Assembly (NCBI GenBank): GCA_030055235.1
Contig: JASGUW010000091.1
Location: 1 to 57,689, forward strand
Source: Bacillota bacterium
Lineage (GTDB): Bacteria > Bacillota > Clostridia > Saccharofermentanales > Fastidiosipilaceae
Length of the DNA: 57,689 nt
Direction: 5' to 3'
Shown: positions 9,311 to 19,013 of the stretch, in pieces
How the letters are laid out: each line of letters starts with the position of its first letter
Position numbering within the stretch: the stretch's first letter is position 1
Made by a program: the position numbers and the translations under genes
The notes under the pieces: model-generated
Seen by the model: only the letters and a program-made list of their open reading frames with translations
What the model was told of the DNA's origin: nothing
The model's database searches: none

Positions 9311-9445
9311 ACGGCTTTCGGAAACTCAAGAAGCAAACTTCCTAACGATGAAGCAAAGCCCCAAAGCAGTTTGAATACAAAGATCAGCGGTAAAACCCAG
9401 ATTCTCCCAGATTCACCCAGCTAGCTCTTCCGCCTCAAGCATCAC

Positions 9446-9475
9446 AAAAAGAACCTGCAGCTCTTTGGCTGCAGG
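9446..9475 (-). terminator. intrinsic terminator downstream of dapL
   Basis: Stem CCTGCAGC, loop, stem GCTGCAGG, with a T-run on the minus strand (the A-run at 9446-9450 on plus). The plus strand also carries CTCTTTT after the stem. Confidence 0.7.
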
Positions 9476-9516
9476 CTCTTTTCCAAACTCAAAGCTTCAA
9501 TCAAATACTCAAGGAA

Positions 9517-10722
9517 TTAGTCCTCGACGCGCCCTGTCTCCAGACGTCTGGCGGCTCTGGCCACCGTCTCCGCCGAGCCGAAAGCACTGACGCGGATGTA
9601 GCCCTCACCCGCCGCACCGAAACCGGAGCCCGGCGTGATGACCAGGTTGAGGCGCTCCAGGAAATCGTCGAAGGCATCCCAGGACGAGCCCTCCACTCGC
9701 ACCCAGAGATAGGGGGCGTGGCGGCCGCCGGCCACCTTATAGCCCGCCTTCTCCAGGCTCTGGCGCAGCACATCGACGTTGGCCAGATAGCCCGCCACCT
9801 GCTCGCGCACCGCCTGCTGCCCCGCCTCCGAGTAGACCGCCTCCGCCGCCCGCTGCACCGGGTAGGCGACGCCGTTGAACTTCGTCGTCTGCCGCCGCAG
9901 CCAGAGATCGCGCAGCTTGACCGTGCCGGCCGCCCCCCGCGCCTCAAGCGCGTGCGGGACAACCGTGTAGCCGCAGCGCAGACCCGTAAAGCCGGCCGTC
10001 TTGGAGAAGCTGCGCAGCTCGATGGCGCAGCGCTCGGCGCCGGGGATCTCATAGATGGAAAGAGGACGATCGTCGCGGACAAAGGCGGCATAGGCTGCGT
10101 CGAAGAGCAGCAGGGAGCCCCTGTCGAGCGCATGCCGGACCCAGGCGGTAAGCAGCTCACGGTCGGCGGCAACACCGGTGGGGTTGTTGGGATAGCAGAG
10201 ATAAATCACATCGCTGTCGGCGCCGGGGCTGTCGGGGCCCGGCAGGAAATCATTCTCCTCAGAGGCCGTCAGGCGACGGATCGCTCCGGCGCGCCCCACC
10301 ATGACGTTGGTATCGACATAGACCGGATAGACGGGGTCCTGCACGGCGATCGTCAGATCCCGGCCCAGAATATCCAGGATGTTCGCCGTATCGCTCTTGG
10401 CACCGTCAGAAACGAAGACCTCATCTGCCGTGATCGCGGCACCACGCGCCTGGAAGTCATGCTTCGCTATGGTTTCGCGCAGCCAGGGATAGCCCTGCTC
10501 CGGACCGTAGCCGCGGAAGCCCTCCGGCGTCCCCATCTCCCTGGCCGCCGCGACAAGCGCCTTAGTGATCGGCGGGGCTAGCGGCTCGGTGACATCGCCT
10601 ATGCCCAGGCGCAGCAGCGGCAGCGTGGGATTCTGGGCCTGCCATTTCGCCACCCGGCGGGCGATTTCGGAGAAGAGATAGCTTCGTTCAAGTTCTTCGT
10701 AGTGGGGATTGGCCTGGATCAT
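9517..10722 (-). CDS. dapL: LL-diaminopimelate aminotransferase
   Basis: 401-aa product starting MIQANPHYEELERSYLFSEIARRV, with the PLP-lysine context SFSKTAGFTGLRCGY typical of DapL. GAGGAG lies upstream of ATG 10722. The longer 683-aa ORF is a stop-free high-GC extension. Confidence 0.85.
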   Translation of the reverse strand: MIQANPHYEELERSYLFSEIARRVAKWQAQNPTLPLLRLGIGDVTEPLAPPITKALVAAAREMGTPEGFRGYGPEQGYPWLRETIAKHDFQARGAAITADEVFVSDGAKSDTANILDILGRDLTIAVQDPVYPVYVDTNVMVGRAGAIRRLTASEENDFLPGPDSPGADSDVIYLCYPNNPTGVAADRELLTAWVRHALDRGSLLLFDAAYAAFVRDDRPLSIYEIPGAERCAIELRSFSKTAGFTGLRCGYTVVPHALEARGAAGTVKLRDLWLRRQTTKFNGVAYPVQRAAEAVYSEAGQQAVREQVAGYLANVDVLRQSLEKAGYKVAGGRHAPYLWVRVEGSSWDAFDDFLERLNLVITPGSGFGAAGEGYIRVSAFGSAETVARAARRLETGRVED

Positions 10723-10851
10723 GGGTCCTTGCTCCTCGCTGATATTGATAATGCTAATGGATGCGAAGCGGGCACACCTGTGTCCGCCACCCGAGCAGTC
10801 TAGCATGCCGCGGCCCCTGCCTTGCATTCCGGAGCGGGGATTTTTAAGATA

Positions 10852-12255
10852 ATGCGACTTTACACGCCAAATTGCGCACGATTCAGGAGATTTAACTGCC
10901 CTGTGAACCCGCTTCGCTTCCACATCGCCCGCACTGCCGGCCGCCTGACCCGCTTCCTTTTGCGCCTCATCGGCCGTCCCGCCTCGACGCTGCCCGGTGC
11001 CGTCGCCCTGCGCCTGGCACCCGGGATGCTGGCGCCGCTCGCCGCCCGGCATCCGATCCTGATCGTGACCGGCACCAACGGCAAGACCACCACCACCGCC
11101 CTCATCGTCCACCTTCTGGAAGCGGCGGGCGAAGAGCTGGTGACCAACGCCTACGGCGCCAACCTGGCCTCCGGGATCACAAGCTGTCTCATCGCCGCCC
11201 GGCCCGGCACATCCGCCATTCTGGAGGTGGATGAAGCCGCCTTTGCCGCCCTTGCCGGCCAGCTCGATCCGACCCTTGTCGTCGTCACCAACATCTTTCC
11301 CGATCAGCTGGACCGCTTCCCCAGCCCCGCCACTGTCCGTGAGCTCATCGCCAAAGGCATCCGGGCCACCGCCCCCACCACCCGCCTTGTACTCTGCGCC
11401 GACGACCCTGAGCTTTATCCCCTGGCCGGGCTCGGCGGCCGCCCGACCCTTCACTTTGGCGCCGCGCCCACTGAATTCCTGCCCGCTTCCGACACCACCG
11501 CCTACACCTGTCCCGTCTGCGGACACAGCCTCCGCTACAGGGCAGTCACCATCGCCCAGTGCGGTCATTATTTATGCGAAGCCTGTGCCTGCCACCGCCC
11601 CGCTGCAGACCTTGAGATCGCCCGCCGCGATTCCGGTGCCGCCGACCGGACCGAGCTGGAGATCCTCTGGGACGGCGAAAGGGGAGAGGCCCGCCTGGCC
11701 CTCAGCGGGCTCTACAACGCCTACAACGCCGCGGCCGCCCTGCTGGCGGCAGACGCCGTCCGGCCCGATCGCCCCCGCCAGCAGCTCCTCGCCGATCTGG
11801 AATCGGCCCGCCCCGCGCCCGGCCGTCAGGAGACGCTCGACTACCGCGGCCGCCGCCTCAGGCTCATTCTGGTCAAAAACACCGCCGGCCTGGAAGAAAG
11901 CCTGGGCCTGGTGGCCAGGCAGCCCGATATCGGCGCCCTCGCCTTCCTGATCAACAACGAGCCCGCCGACGGCCGCGATCCCGCCTGGGTCAGGGCCGTG
12001 CGCAGCGGGCGCTTCCCGCTCCCCGCTGTCCCCGTGGGGATCGGCGGCAGCCAGACGGCCGTCCTGGCCGACTGGCTGAAGCCCCAGCTTGACGGCCAGG
12101 AGCCAATCGCCGCAGAAAACGACCTGGCCATGGTCGACCGCTTGGTCGAAGTCTGTCCGCCCGAGCGCACAATCTATCTGCTGCCGAACTACTCCGCCCT
12201 CTTCGCGCTGCGCCGGCAGCTGCTCGCCAACGGCGCCAAAACGCCTGAGCCATGA
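10852..12255 (+). CDS. murT: MurT-like Mur-ligase family protein (lipid II isoglutaminyl synthase subunit-like)
   Basis: Mur-ligase P-loop TGTNGKTTT, a Cys4 ribbon (CPVCGH...CGHYLCEAC) and a DUF1727-like C-terminus (NNEPADGRDPAWV). The start is uncertain among TTG 10822, ATG 10852 and GTG 10903 (the last lies 12 nt after AGGAGA). Confidence 0.72.
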   Translation: MRLYTPNCARFRRFNCPVNPLRFHIARTAGRLTRFLLRLIGRPASTLPGAVALRLAPGMLAPLAARHPILIVTGTNGKTTTTALIVHLLEAAGEELVTNAYGANLASGITSCLIAARPGTSAILEVDEAAFAALAGQLDPTLVVVTNIFPDQLDRFPSPATVRELIAKGIRATAPTTRLVLCADDPELYPLAGLGGRPTLHFGAAPTEFLPASDTTAYTCPVCGHSLRYRAVTIAQCGHYLCEACACHRPAADLEIARRDSGAADRTELEILWDGERGEARLALSGLYNAYNAAAALLAADAVRPDRPRQQLLADLESARPAPGRQETLDYRGRRLRLILVKNTAGLEESLGLVARQPDIGALAFLINNEPADGRDPAWVRAVRSGRFPLPAVPVGIGGSQTAVLADWLKPQLDGQEPIAAENDLAMVDRLVEVCPPERTIYLLPNYSALFALRRQLLANGAKTPEP

Positions 12256-12998
12256 CGACCACCGACAGCCTCCTCATCGCCGGCGCCTCCGGGGATCTGG
12301 GCCTGGCCATCGCCAGACGCCTGCTGCCCCGGCTCGGCCGGGACTACAGCGACATCTGGCTCCATGCCCATCAGCACCCGGAGCGCATCCGCGCCGCCCT
12401 GACCCCGGCAGAACTGTCAGACCCCCGCCTCCACATCGTGTCAACCGACCTCTCCGGGCGCCGTCAGGTCCTCAGCTGGCTTGACGCCAACAAGATCCAG
12501 GCCACCCACCTGGTCTATGCGGCCGGGCAGGCCTCCTACCGCCAGATCCAGGACCTTGACGAAGCAGACTGGCAGGCCCTCAACGACGCCAATGTCTCCG
12601 GCGCCCTCTGGCTCATTCAGGGCCTGCTGCCCGGGATGCTCGCCCGCCGCCGCGGCAGCATTGTCCTGATGTCCTCCATCTGGGGCCGTGCCGGAGCCGC
12701 CTGCGAAGCCGCCTATGCCGCGACCAAGGCCGCCCTCATCTCCCTGACCCGCTCACTCGCCGCAGAGCTCGGCCCCTCCGGCATCCGCGTCAACTGCCTG
12801 GCTCCGGGCCTCATCGACTCACGCATGAATGCCCACCTGAGCCCGGATGAGAGGAAAGATTTTTGCGAAGGCATTCCTCTCGGCCGCGCCGGCCGTCCGG
12901 AAGAGGTCGCCGCCGCCTGCGCCTGGCTTCTGGGTGAGCAGTCCGCCTATGTCACCGGCCAGGTCCTGGGGGTCGACGGCGGTCTCGTGGTATCATGA
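12252..12998 (+). CDS. short-chain dehydrogenase/reductase (FabG-like)
   Basis: Cofactor motif GASGDLG and catalytic YAATK, with an overall SDR layout. ATGA overlap with the murT-like stop. Confidence 0.8.
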   Translation: MTTTDSLLIAGASGDLGLAIARRLLPRLGRDYSDIWLHAHQHPERIRAALTPAELSDPRLHIVSTDLSGRRQVLSWLDANKIQATHLVYAAGQASYRQIQDLDEADWQALNDANVSGALWLIQGLLPGMLARRRGSIVLMSSIWGRAGAACEAAYAATKAALISLTRSLAAELGPSGIRVNCLAPGLIDSRMNAHLSPDERKDFCEGIPLGRAGRPEEVAAACAWLLGEQSAYVTGQVLGVDGGLVVS

Positions 12999-13004
12999 CA
13001 ATTC

Positions 13005-14459
13005 ATGATTGAAGCAACTATCAATACTGCCTTCTCAAGCACTGCGGGCCCCCGGACGTACTGGATCCGCACCTTTGGCTGCCAGCAGAACGATCACGAT
13101 TCAGAGATCCTGGCCGGCCTGCTGGAGGCCTGTGGCCTGCTTCCGGCCGCTTCACTGGAAACGAGTGACCTCGCCATCCTCAACAGCTGCTCCATCCGGG
13201 AAAACGCCGACGGACGCTTTTACGGCCATCTCGGCATCGTCAAGGCCGAGCGCGAGCGCCGTCCGGAACTCCTGGTCGCCGTCTGCGGCTGCCTGCCGCG
13301 GATCCGGGAACACCAGGAACGCATCCGGCGCAGCTACCCCTTTGTCGACCTTATCTTTGGCCCCGAAGACATCCCCCGCCTGCCCGAGCTGCTCCTAAAA
13401 CGCATCCGGACAGGCAGACAGGTCCATCACGTTTCAGAGACAAACGACCCCCTGGTCGAAGGCCTGCCCGCCGCCCGTCAGCGGCGCTTCCGGGCCCTTG
13501 TCACCATCATGACGGGCTGCGACAATTTCTGCAGCTACTGCATCGTGCCCTATACGCGCGGTCGTGAGCGCAGCCGTGATTCGGACGCCATCCTGGCAGA
13601 GGTCCGGCAACTTGCAGCGGCAGGTTACAGCGAAGTCATGCTGCTGGGACAGAATGTCAATTCCTGGAACCAGAAGCGCCGCCCCGGCGCCCTGGATCCG
13701 CCCGGGCGCGACTTTGCCTGGCTTCTGGAAGAAGTTGCCCGGACCGGCATCCCGCGCATCCGCTTCATGACCTCAAACCCCCGCGACCTCTCCAATGAGC
13801 TGCTGGCCGTCATGGCGCGCCACCCCAACATAGAGCGCCACCTCCACCTGCCCCTGCAGAGCGGCAGCGACAGAGTGCTGGCCCTGATGAACCGCCACTA
13901 CGATCGCGCCCGTTATCTCGAAATCGTCAGAGAGGCCCGGCGCCGGATCCCCGACATCGCCTTCAGTACCGACATCATCGTCGGTTACCCCGGAGAGACG
14001 GAGGCGGACTTCGCTCAAACCTTAAGCCTGGTTGAGGAAGTGGCCTTTGACAGCGCCTTCCTCTTCCAGTATTCACCACGCTACGGGACGCCGGCCAGCC
14101 TGCTGGCAGAGCGGCTCCCGCCCGACGTCATGCGCCAGCGCTTCGACCGCCTGCTGGCCCTGCAGAACCGCCTCTCGGAGGAGTCAAACCGCCGCCTGGT
14201 CGGCCGTGAACTCACTGTGCTCATCGAAGGCGCAGCGGATCACCGCCCGGGCCTGCTGCTTGGCCGCAGCTCCCAGAACCAGCTGGTCAATTTCGCCCTG
14301 CCGCCCGAACTGGCCCGCGGCCTGGGCACGGACGACAGCGAACGGCTCGGCGAAGAGCTGGAGGGGCGCTTTGCCATCGTCCGTGTCGAGGAAGCGCGCA
14401 TGCTCTCCACCAGCGGCACGGCGCTCGAACTGCTGCCGGCAGGGAAGGGGACCTCATGA
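13005..14459 (+). CDS. miaB: tRNA-2-methylthio-N6-dimethylallyladenosine synthase MiaB
   Basis: MTTase N-terminus YWIRTFGCQQNDHDSE, radical-SAM motif CDNFCSYC and a TRAM C-terminus. Confidence 0.88.
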   Translation: MIEATINTAFSSTAGPRTYWIRTFGCQQNDHDSEILAGLLEACGLLPAASLETSDLAILNSCSIRENADGRFYGHLGIVKAERERRPELLVAVCGCLPRIREHQERIRRSYPFVDLIFGPEDIPRLPELLLKRIRTGRQVHHVSETNDPLVEGLPAARQRRFRALVTIMTGCDNFCSYCIVPYTRGRERSRDSDAILAEVRQLAAAGYSEVMLLGQNVNSWNQKRRPGALDPPGRDFAWLLEEVARTGIPRIRFMTSNPRDLSNELLAVMARHPNIERHLHLPLQSGSDRVLALMNRHYDRARYLEIVREARRRIPDIAFSTDIIVGYPGETEADFAQTLSLVEEVAFDSAFLFQYSPRYGTPASLLAERLPPDVMRQRFDRLLALQNRLSEESNRRLVGRELTVLIEGAADHRPGLLLGRSSQNQLVNFALPPELARGLGTDDSERLGEELEGRFAIVRVEEARMLSTSGTALELLPAGKGTS

Positions 14460-17101
14460 GCCTTAGACTCGCCGATATCGATCCCGAACAGCTGTCGCCG
14501 ATGATGCGCCAGTACGCCGAACAGAAGGCGCTCTGGCCTGACTGCCTGCTCTTTTTCCGTCTGGGTGACTTCTATGAGCTCTTCTTCGAAGACGCCATCA
14601 CCGCCTCCCGCGCCCTTGACATCACATTGACCAGCCGTGACTGCGGTCTGGCCGAACGCGCCCCCATGTGCGGCGTGCCCTACCACGCGGTCGACAGTTA
14701 TCTGGCCCGCCTGATGCAGCAGCAGTTCCGCGTCGCCATCTGTGAGCAAATGGCCGACCCCGCGACGGTCAAGGGCCTGGTCCCGCGCCAGGTCACCCGC
14801 GTCGTCACCCCGGGCACGATCAGCGACCTTGGGCAGCTCGATGCGACCAGCGACAACCATGTCGTCGCGGTCTATCAGCTGGAGAACTATTACGGTCTGG
14901 CCGCCGTCGACATCACGACCGGCCGTTTTGAGGCCGGCTGGGTCGCCACCGGCGCCACCGCCCAGAAGGCCTACGACGAAATCCTGGCCTGGCGCCCCGC
15001 CGAACTCATCGGCAACGAAGCCTTCTGCCTCTCCCAGCTGGCGCGGCGCATCCGCACCGACCTGGAGCTTCAGATCCACCAGTTGCCCGACAGCGACTTT
15101 GAAACCGAACGCTGGGAAGCCTGGCTCGCCATTGAGGAGCCGAGCCGCGCGCTCTGGTCACAGGCGGCGGCAGCCCTCCTCAGCTACGTCGAGCGCACGC
15201 AGACCAGGGTGCCCGGCCACCTCCACCGCCTCAGCCTGTGGCGCCGCGAAGACTATCTCCTGCTCGACGCCAACGCCCGCCGCAATCTGGAACTTACGGA
15301 GACCCTGCGCGACCGCCAGAAGCGCGGCAGCCTGCTCTGGGCCATTGACCGCACCCGCACCGCCATGGGCGCCCGCCTGCTGCGGCGCTGGCTCGAGCGG
15401 CCCTTACGAAACCTCCACGACATCCGGCGCCGGCAGGCGGCTGTCACTGCCTTTCTGGAAAACTACCTGGTCCGTCAGGAAATCGCCGAAGCCCTGGGGC
15501 AGGTCCACGACATCGAGCGCCTTTCAGGCCGCGCCGCTCTGGGCCGCGTCCATGCCCCGGACCTGCTGGCCCTTTGCCGCTCGCTGGGGCCGCTGCCCGA
15601 ACTTAGGCAGCTGCTCGACGGCCTGGCCCAGTCGCAGGAAACCGATCTCCTCCTGGACCTGGTCGCCCGTCTGGATCCGCTGGAAGATATCGCCGACTAC
15701 CTGGGCCGCGCCATCCACCCGGAGGCCCCCATCGCCCTGAACGAAGGCCACCTCATTGCCGGCGGCTTCCATGCGGAGGTCGACCGCCTGCGCGACGCTG
15801 CGGAGAACGGCCAGCGCCTCCTGGATGAGCTCGCCGAGCGCGAGCGCGAATCCACCGGCATCCGCAACCTCAAGGTCGGCCACAACCGTGTCTTCGGCTA
15901 CTACCTGGAGGTCAGCCGCGGCAATCTGGGCCTGGTCCCGGCGCACTACCACCGCCGCCAGACGCTGGCCAACGCCGAGCGCTTCTACACCGACGAGTTA
16001 AAGGAGCTGGAGGATCAGATCTTCGGCGCCCGGCAGCGCCTTCTGGATCTGGAGTATGAGCTTTTTTGCGAAGTCCGCGACCACATCCGCGCCTCTTCCC
16101 CCAGGCTGCAGCAGACCGCCGCGGCCCTGGCCGAGCTCGATGTCCTGCTCTCCTTTGCCGAGACCGCCGACCGCGAGCACTACTGCCGCCCCGAGCTTGA
16201 CCAGTCCGGCATTATCGACATCCGTGACGGCCGCCACCCGGTGGTTGAGCGCCTGCTTGCCGCCGGCGCCTTCGTGCCGAATGACTGCTACCTGGACCGC
16301 GATTCCGGCCGCCTGATGATCCTGACCGGCCCCAACATGGCCGGCAAATCGACCTTCATGCGCCAGACCGCCCTCATTGTCCTGCTGGCCCAGATGGGCT
16401 CCTTTGTCCCCGCCTCCAGCTGCCGCATCGGCATCACGGACCGCATCTTCACCCGCATCGGCGCCTCTGACGACCTGGGCGGCGGCCAGTCGACCTTCAT
16501 GGTCGAAATGCAGGAGACCGCTGCCATCTTACAGCAGGCGACCCGCGATTCCCTTGTCCTCCTGGACGAAATCGGCCGCGGCACCTCCACCACCGACGGC
16601 CTGGGCATCGCCCGTGCCGTGATAGAGGCCCTGGCCGACCCGGTGCGCTACGGCTGCCGCAGCCTCTTTGCCACCCACTTCCATGAGCTGACCGAGCTCG
16701 AGTCCTCTGTCCCGGGCATCGTCAACTTCCACTCCACCGTCACCTGGCGCGAAGGCGAAATACACTTCCTGCACCGCATTGAGCCGGGCGGCACGGATGA
16801 GAGCTTCGGTATAGAGGTCGCCCGCCTGGCCGGCGTCCCCGCCGACATCGTCGAGCGCGCCCGCGGGCATATGCAGCGCCTGACCAGGGAGAGCCGCCGC
16901 CGCGGCCGCACGCAGCGCCGTCCCGCCAATCAGCCGCTCGCCGGTGAGCAGGACCTCTTTCGCTCCAGCCTGGCCCTGCGCGCCTACGATCAGATCATTG
17001 CCGACCTGCGCGCCCTGGACCTCAATTCGCTGACCCCCCTCGACGCACTGAACCGCCTCCATGCCCTCAAGGAGGCGCTGCGCCGCCTGCCTGAGGAGTA
17101 G
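14456..17101 (+). CDS. mutS: DNA mismatch repair protein MutS
   Basis: 881 aa. N-terminus TPMMRQY-like (SPMMRQYAEQK), Walker A GPNMAGKST, and STFMVEM and DE.GRGT motifs. ATGA overlap with miaB. Confidence 0.95.
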   Translation: MSLRLADIDPEQLSPMMRQYAEQKALWPDCLLFFRLGDFYELFFEDAITASRALDITLTSRDCGLAERAPMCGVPYHAVDSYLARLMQQQFRVAICEQMADPATVKGLVPRQVTRVVTPGTISDLGQLDATSDNHVVAVYQLENYYGLAAVDITTGRFEAGWVATGATAQKAYDEILAWRPAELIGNEAFCLSQLARRIRTDLELQIHQLPDSDFETERWEAWLAIEEPSRALWSQAAAALLSYVERTQTRVPGHLHRLSLWRREDYLLLDANARRNLELTETLRDRQKRGSLLWAIDRTRTAMGARLLRRWLERPLRNLHDIRRRQAAVTAFLENYLVRQEIAEALGQVHDIERLSGRAALGRVHAPDLLALCRSLGPLPELRQLLDGLAQSQETDLLLDLVARLDPLEDIADYLGRAIHPEAPIALNEGHLIAGGFHAEVDRLRDAAENGQRLLDELAERERESTGIRNLKVGHNRVFGYYLEVSRGNLGLVPAHYHRRQTLANAERFYTDELKELEDQIFGARQRLLDLEYELFCEVRDHIRASSPRLQQTAAALAELDVLLSFAETADREHYCRPELDQSGIIDIRDGRHPVVERLLAAGAFVPNDCYLDRDSGRLMILTGPNMAGKSTFMRQTALIVLLAQMGSFVPASSCRIGITDRIFTRIGASDDLGGGQSTFMVEMQETAAILQQATRDSLVLLDEIGRGTSTTDGLGIARAVIEALADPVRYGCRSLFATHFHELTELESSVPGIVNFHSTVTWREGEIHFLHRIEPGGTDESFGIEVARLAGVPADIVERARGHMQRLTRESRRRGRTQRRPANQPLAGEQDLFRSSLALRAYDQIIADLRALDLNSLTPLDALNRLHALKEALRRLPEE

Positions 17102-17105
17102 AAGA

Positions 17106-19013
17106 ATGAGCCGTATTCAGAAACTGGACCAGCTGACGGCCAGCCGCATCGCGGCCGGAGAGGTTGTCGAACGGCCCGCCTCCGTCATCCGCGAGCTCTG
17201 CGACAACGCCCTGGACGCCGGCGCCACCGTGATCCGTGTCACTCTGGAACAGGGCGGCATCCGCTCCATCCGCGTCCAGGATGACGGCCGCGGCATGGAT
17301 AAGGCGGACGCGCGCCTGGCCTTCGAGCCCCACGCCACCAGCAAGCTCGTCCAGATTGAAGACCTCGACAGCCTGATCACCATGGGCTTCCGCGGAGAGG
17401 CCCTGCCCTCCATCGCGGCGGTCGCCCATGTCACTCTCCAGACCCGGGAGCAGGGGACCGCCGGCGGCGTTGAGCTGCGTCTGGTGGACGGCGACATCAT
17501 CGCCGAGCGTGAACTTGGCATGCCGGAGGGGACAAGCGTTCTGGTCGAAGACCTCTTCCACGACATGCCCGCCCGCTTCAAGTTCCTGCGCAGTGACCGC
17601 TCAGAGACCCAGAAGGCCCTCGACGCCGTCACCCGTCTGGCTCTGGCCCGGCCCGACGTCTCCTTTCGCTTTGATGCCGACGGCAAAACCCAGCTGCACA
17701 CCCCCGGCGACAACCGCCTGGAAAGTGTCGCCTATGCCGTCTACGGCGATGCCGTGGCCCGGCGCCTGCAGTACATCCACTACGATGATCCCGACGGCAT
17801 CATCCGGCTCGACGGCCTGCTCGGCGAACCCGGCCTGACACGCCGCAGCCGCAGCTGGCAGACCTTCGTCATCAACCGCCGCCCGGTGCAGGTGCCGGCC
17901 CTGATGCGCGCTGTCGAGGACGCCTGGCAGGGCCGCCTGATGCGTGGCGAATTCCCCTTTGCCCTGCTGCACCTGGCCCTGCCGCCCCAGCTGATCGACG
18001 TCAACGTCCATCCCCAGAAGCTGGAACTGCGCTTCTGGAACGACAGCCAGATCTACCGCACGGTCCGCACGGCGGTCACAGAGGCTCTGGAGGCCATGAG
18101 CTACGCGGGGCTTGAGCACAGCGACACGGCGGCAGAATCGGCTCAGACAGATACGGTACGCGAAGCCAGTCCGCCGACCGCAGCGCCCGCACCAACCGTC
18201 CCCATCCCGGTCCGTTCCCCGGGCGCCGCCTGGCAGCCGACCCCTGTCAGGGAAGCCTCCAGGCCGCCGCTTCATGCGCCCGAGTCCCAGCCCGCCAGCG
18301 CCTTCACCGTGCCGGAAGAAGCGCCACTGCAGCTCGAACTCCGTGACATGGCTGCGGACACCCCCACTGCGGCACCCGCTGCGCCACCGCCCCGTGACCG
18401 CCTGCTCACGCGTCTGCTCGAAGCCCGCTTCCGCGGCGTCCTCTTTGACACCTACCTGATTCTGGAAGAGGGGGAAGATGTCTTCCTCGTCGACCAGCAC
18501 GCCGCCCATGAGAAGATTCTCTACGAACGCCTGCTCGCTGCCGCGGATGAAGAAAACCAGGACAGCGTATGGAAACGCCAGCCCTGCCTGACCCCGCTGC
18601 CGCTGTCGCTGACAGCCGCCCGGCGCGCCCTGCTGGACTCCAATCTGGATCTGCTGGAGGCTCTGGGCTATTCCTTTGCAGAAAGTGACTCCGGCGCTCT
18701 CTCCCTGACCGCCGTCCCGGCCGCCTCAATCGCCGAACCCGTCGGCTCTCTCCTGGAGCTCCTCGACGACCTGGAGGAGGAGCGGCTGGCTCCGGACAGC
18801 GGAATCCGTCACGAGGAGCGCCTGCTGCGCTTTGCCACCCATGCCTGTAAGGCCGCGGTCAAGGCCCACGACCGCCTCCATGAACAGGAAGTGGCCGCCT
18901 TGCTCGAGCAGCTCGTCACACTCCGGGAGCCCTTCCAGTGTCCCCACGGCCGCCCCGTCCTGATCCGCGACAGCCGCCTGGATCTGGAGCGCCGCTTCCG
19001 CCGCATCGTCTGA
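17106..19013 (+). CDS. mutL: DNA mismatch repair protein MutL
   Basis: GHKL ATPase N-terminus (IAAGEVVERPASV.RELCDNALDAG) and a C-terminal CPHGRP motif. ATG 17106 was chosen over the in-frame extension from 17061. Confidence 0.93.
   Translation: MSRIQKLDQLTASRIAAGEVVERPASVIRELCDNALDAGATVIRVTLEQGGIRSIRVQDDGRGMDKADARLAFEPHATSKLVQIEDLDSLITMGFRGEALPSIAAVAHVTLQTREQGTAGGVELRLVDGDIIAERELGMPEGTSVLVEDLFHDMPARFKFLRSDRSETQKALDAVTRLALARPDVSFRFDADGKTQLHTPGDNRLESVAYAVYGDAVARRLQYIHYDDPDGIIRLDGLLGEPGLTRRSRSWQTFVINRRPVQVPALMRAVEDAWQGRLMRGEFPFALLHLALPPQLIDVNVHPQKLELRFWNDSQIYRTVRTAVTEALEAMSYAGLEHSDTAAESAQTDTVREASPPTAAPAPTVPIPVRSPGAAWQPTPVREASRPPLHAPESQPASAFTVPEEAPLQLELRDMAADTPTAAPAAPPPRDRLLTRLLEARFRGVLFDTYLILEEGEDVFLVDQHAAHEKILYERLLAAADEENQDSVWKRQPCLTPLPLSLTAARRALLDSNLDLLEALGYSFAESDSGALSLTAVPAASIAEPVGSLLELLDDLEEERLAPDSGIRHEERLLRFATHACKAAVKAHDRLHEQEVAALLEQLVTLREPFQCPHGRPVLIRDSRLDLERRFRRIV

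Noticed and set aside
9517-11568. A 683-aa minus-strand ORF was considered as a single large protein.
   Set aside because: Only the C-terminal 401 aa are DapL-like, and they start at an ATG with a good RBS (10722). The Gly/Ala-rich N-terminal part is antisense to the murT-like gene and is a stop-free high-GC extension.
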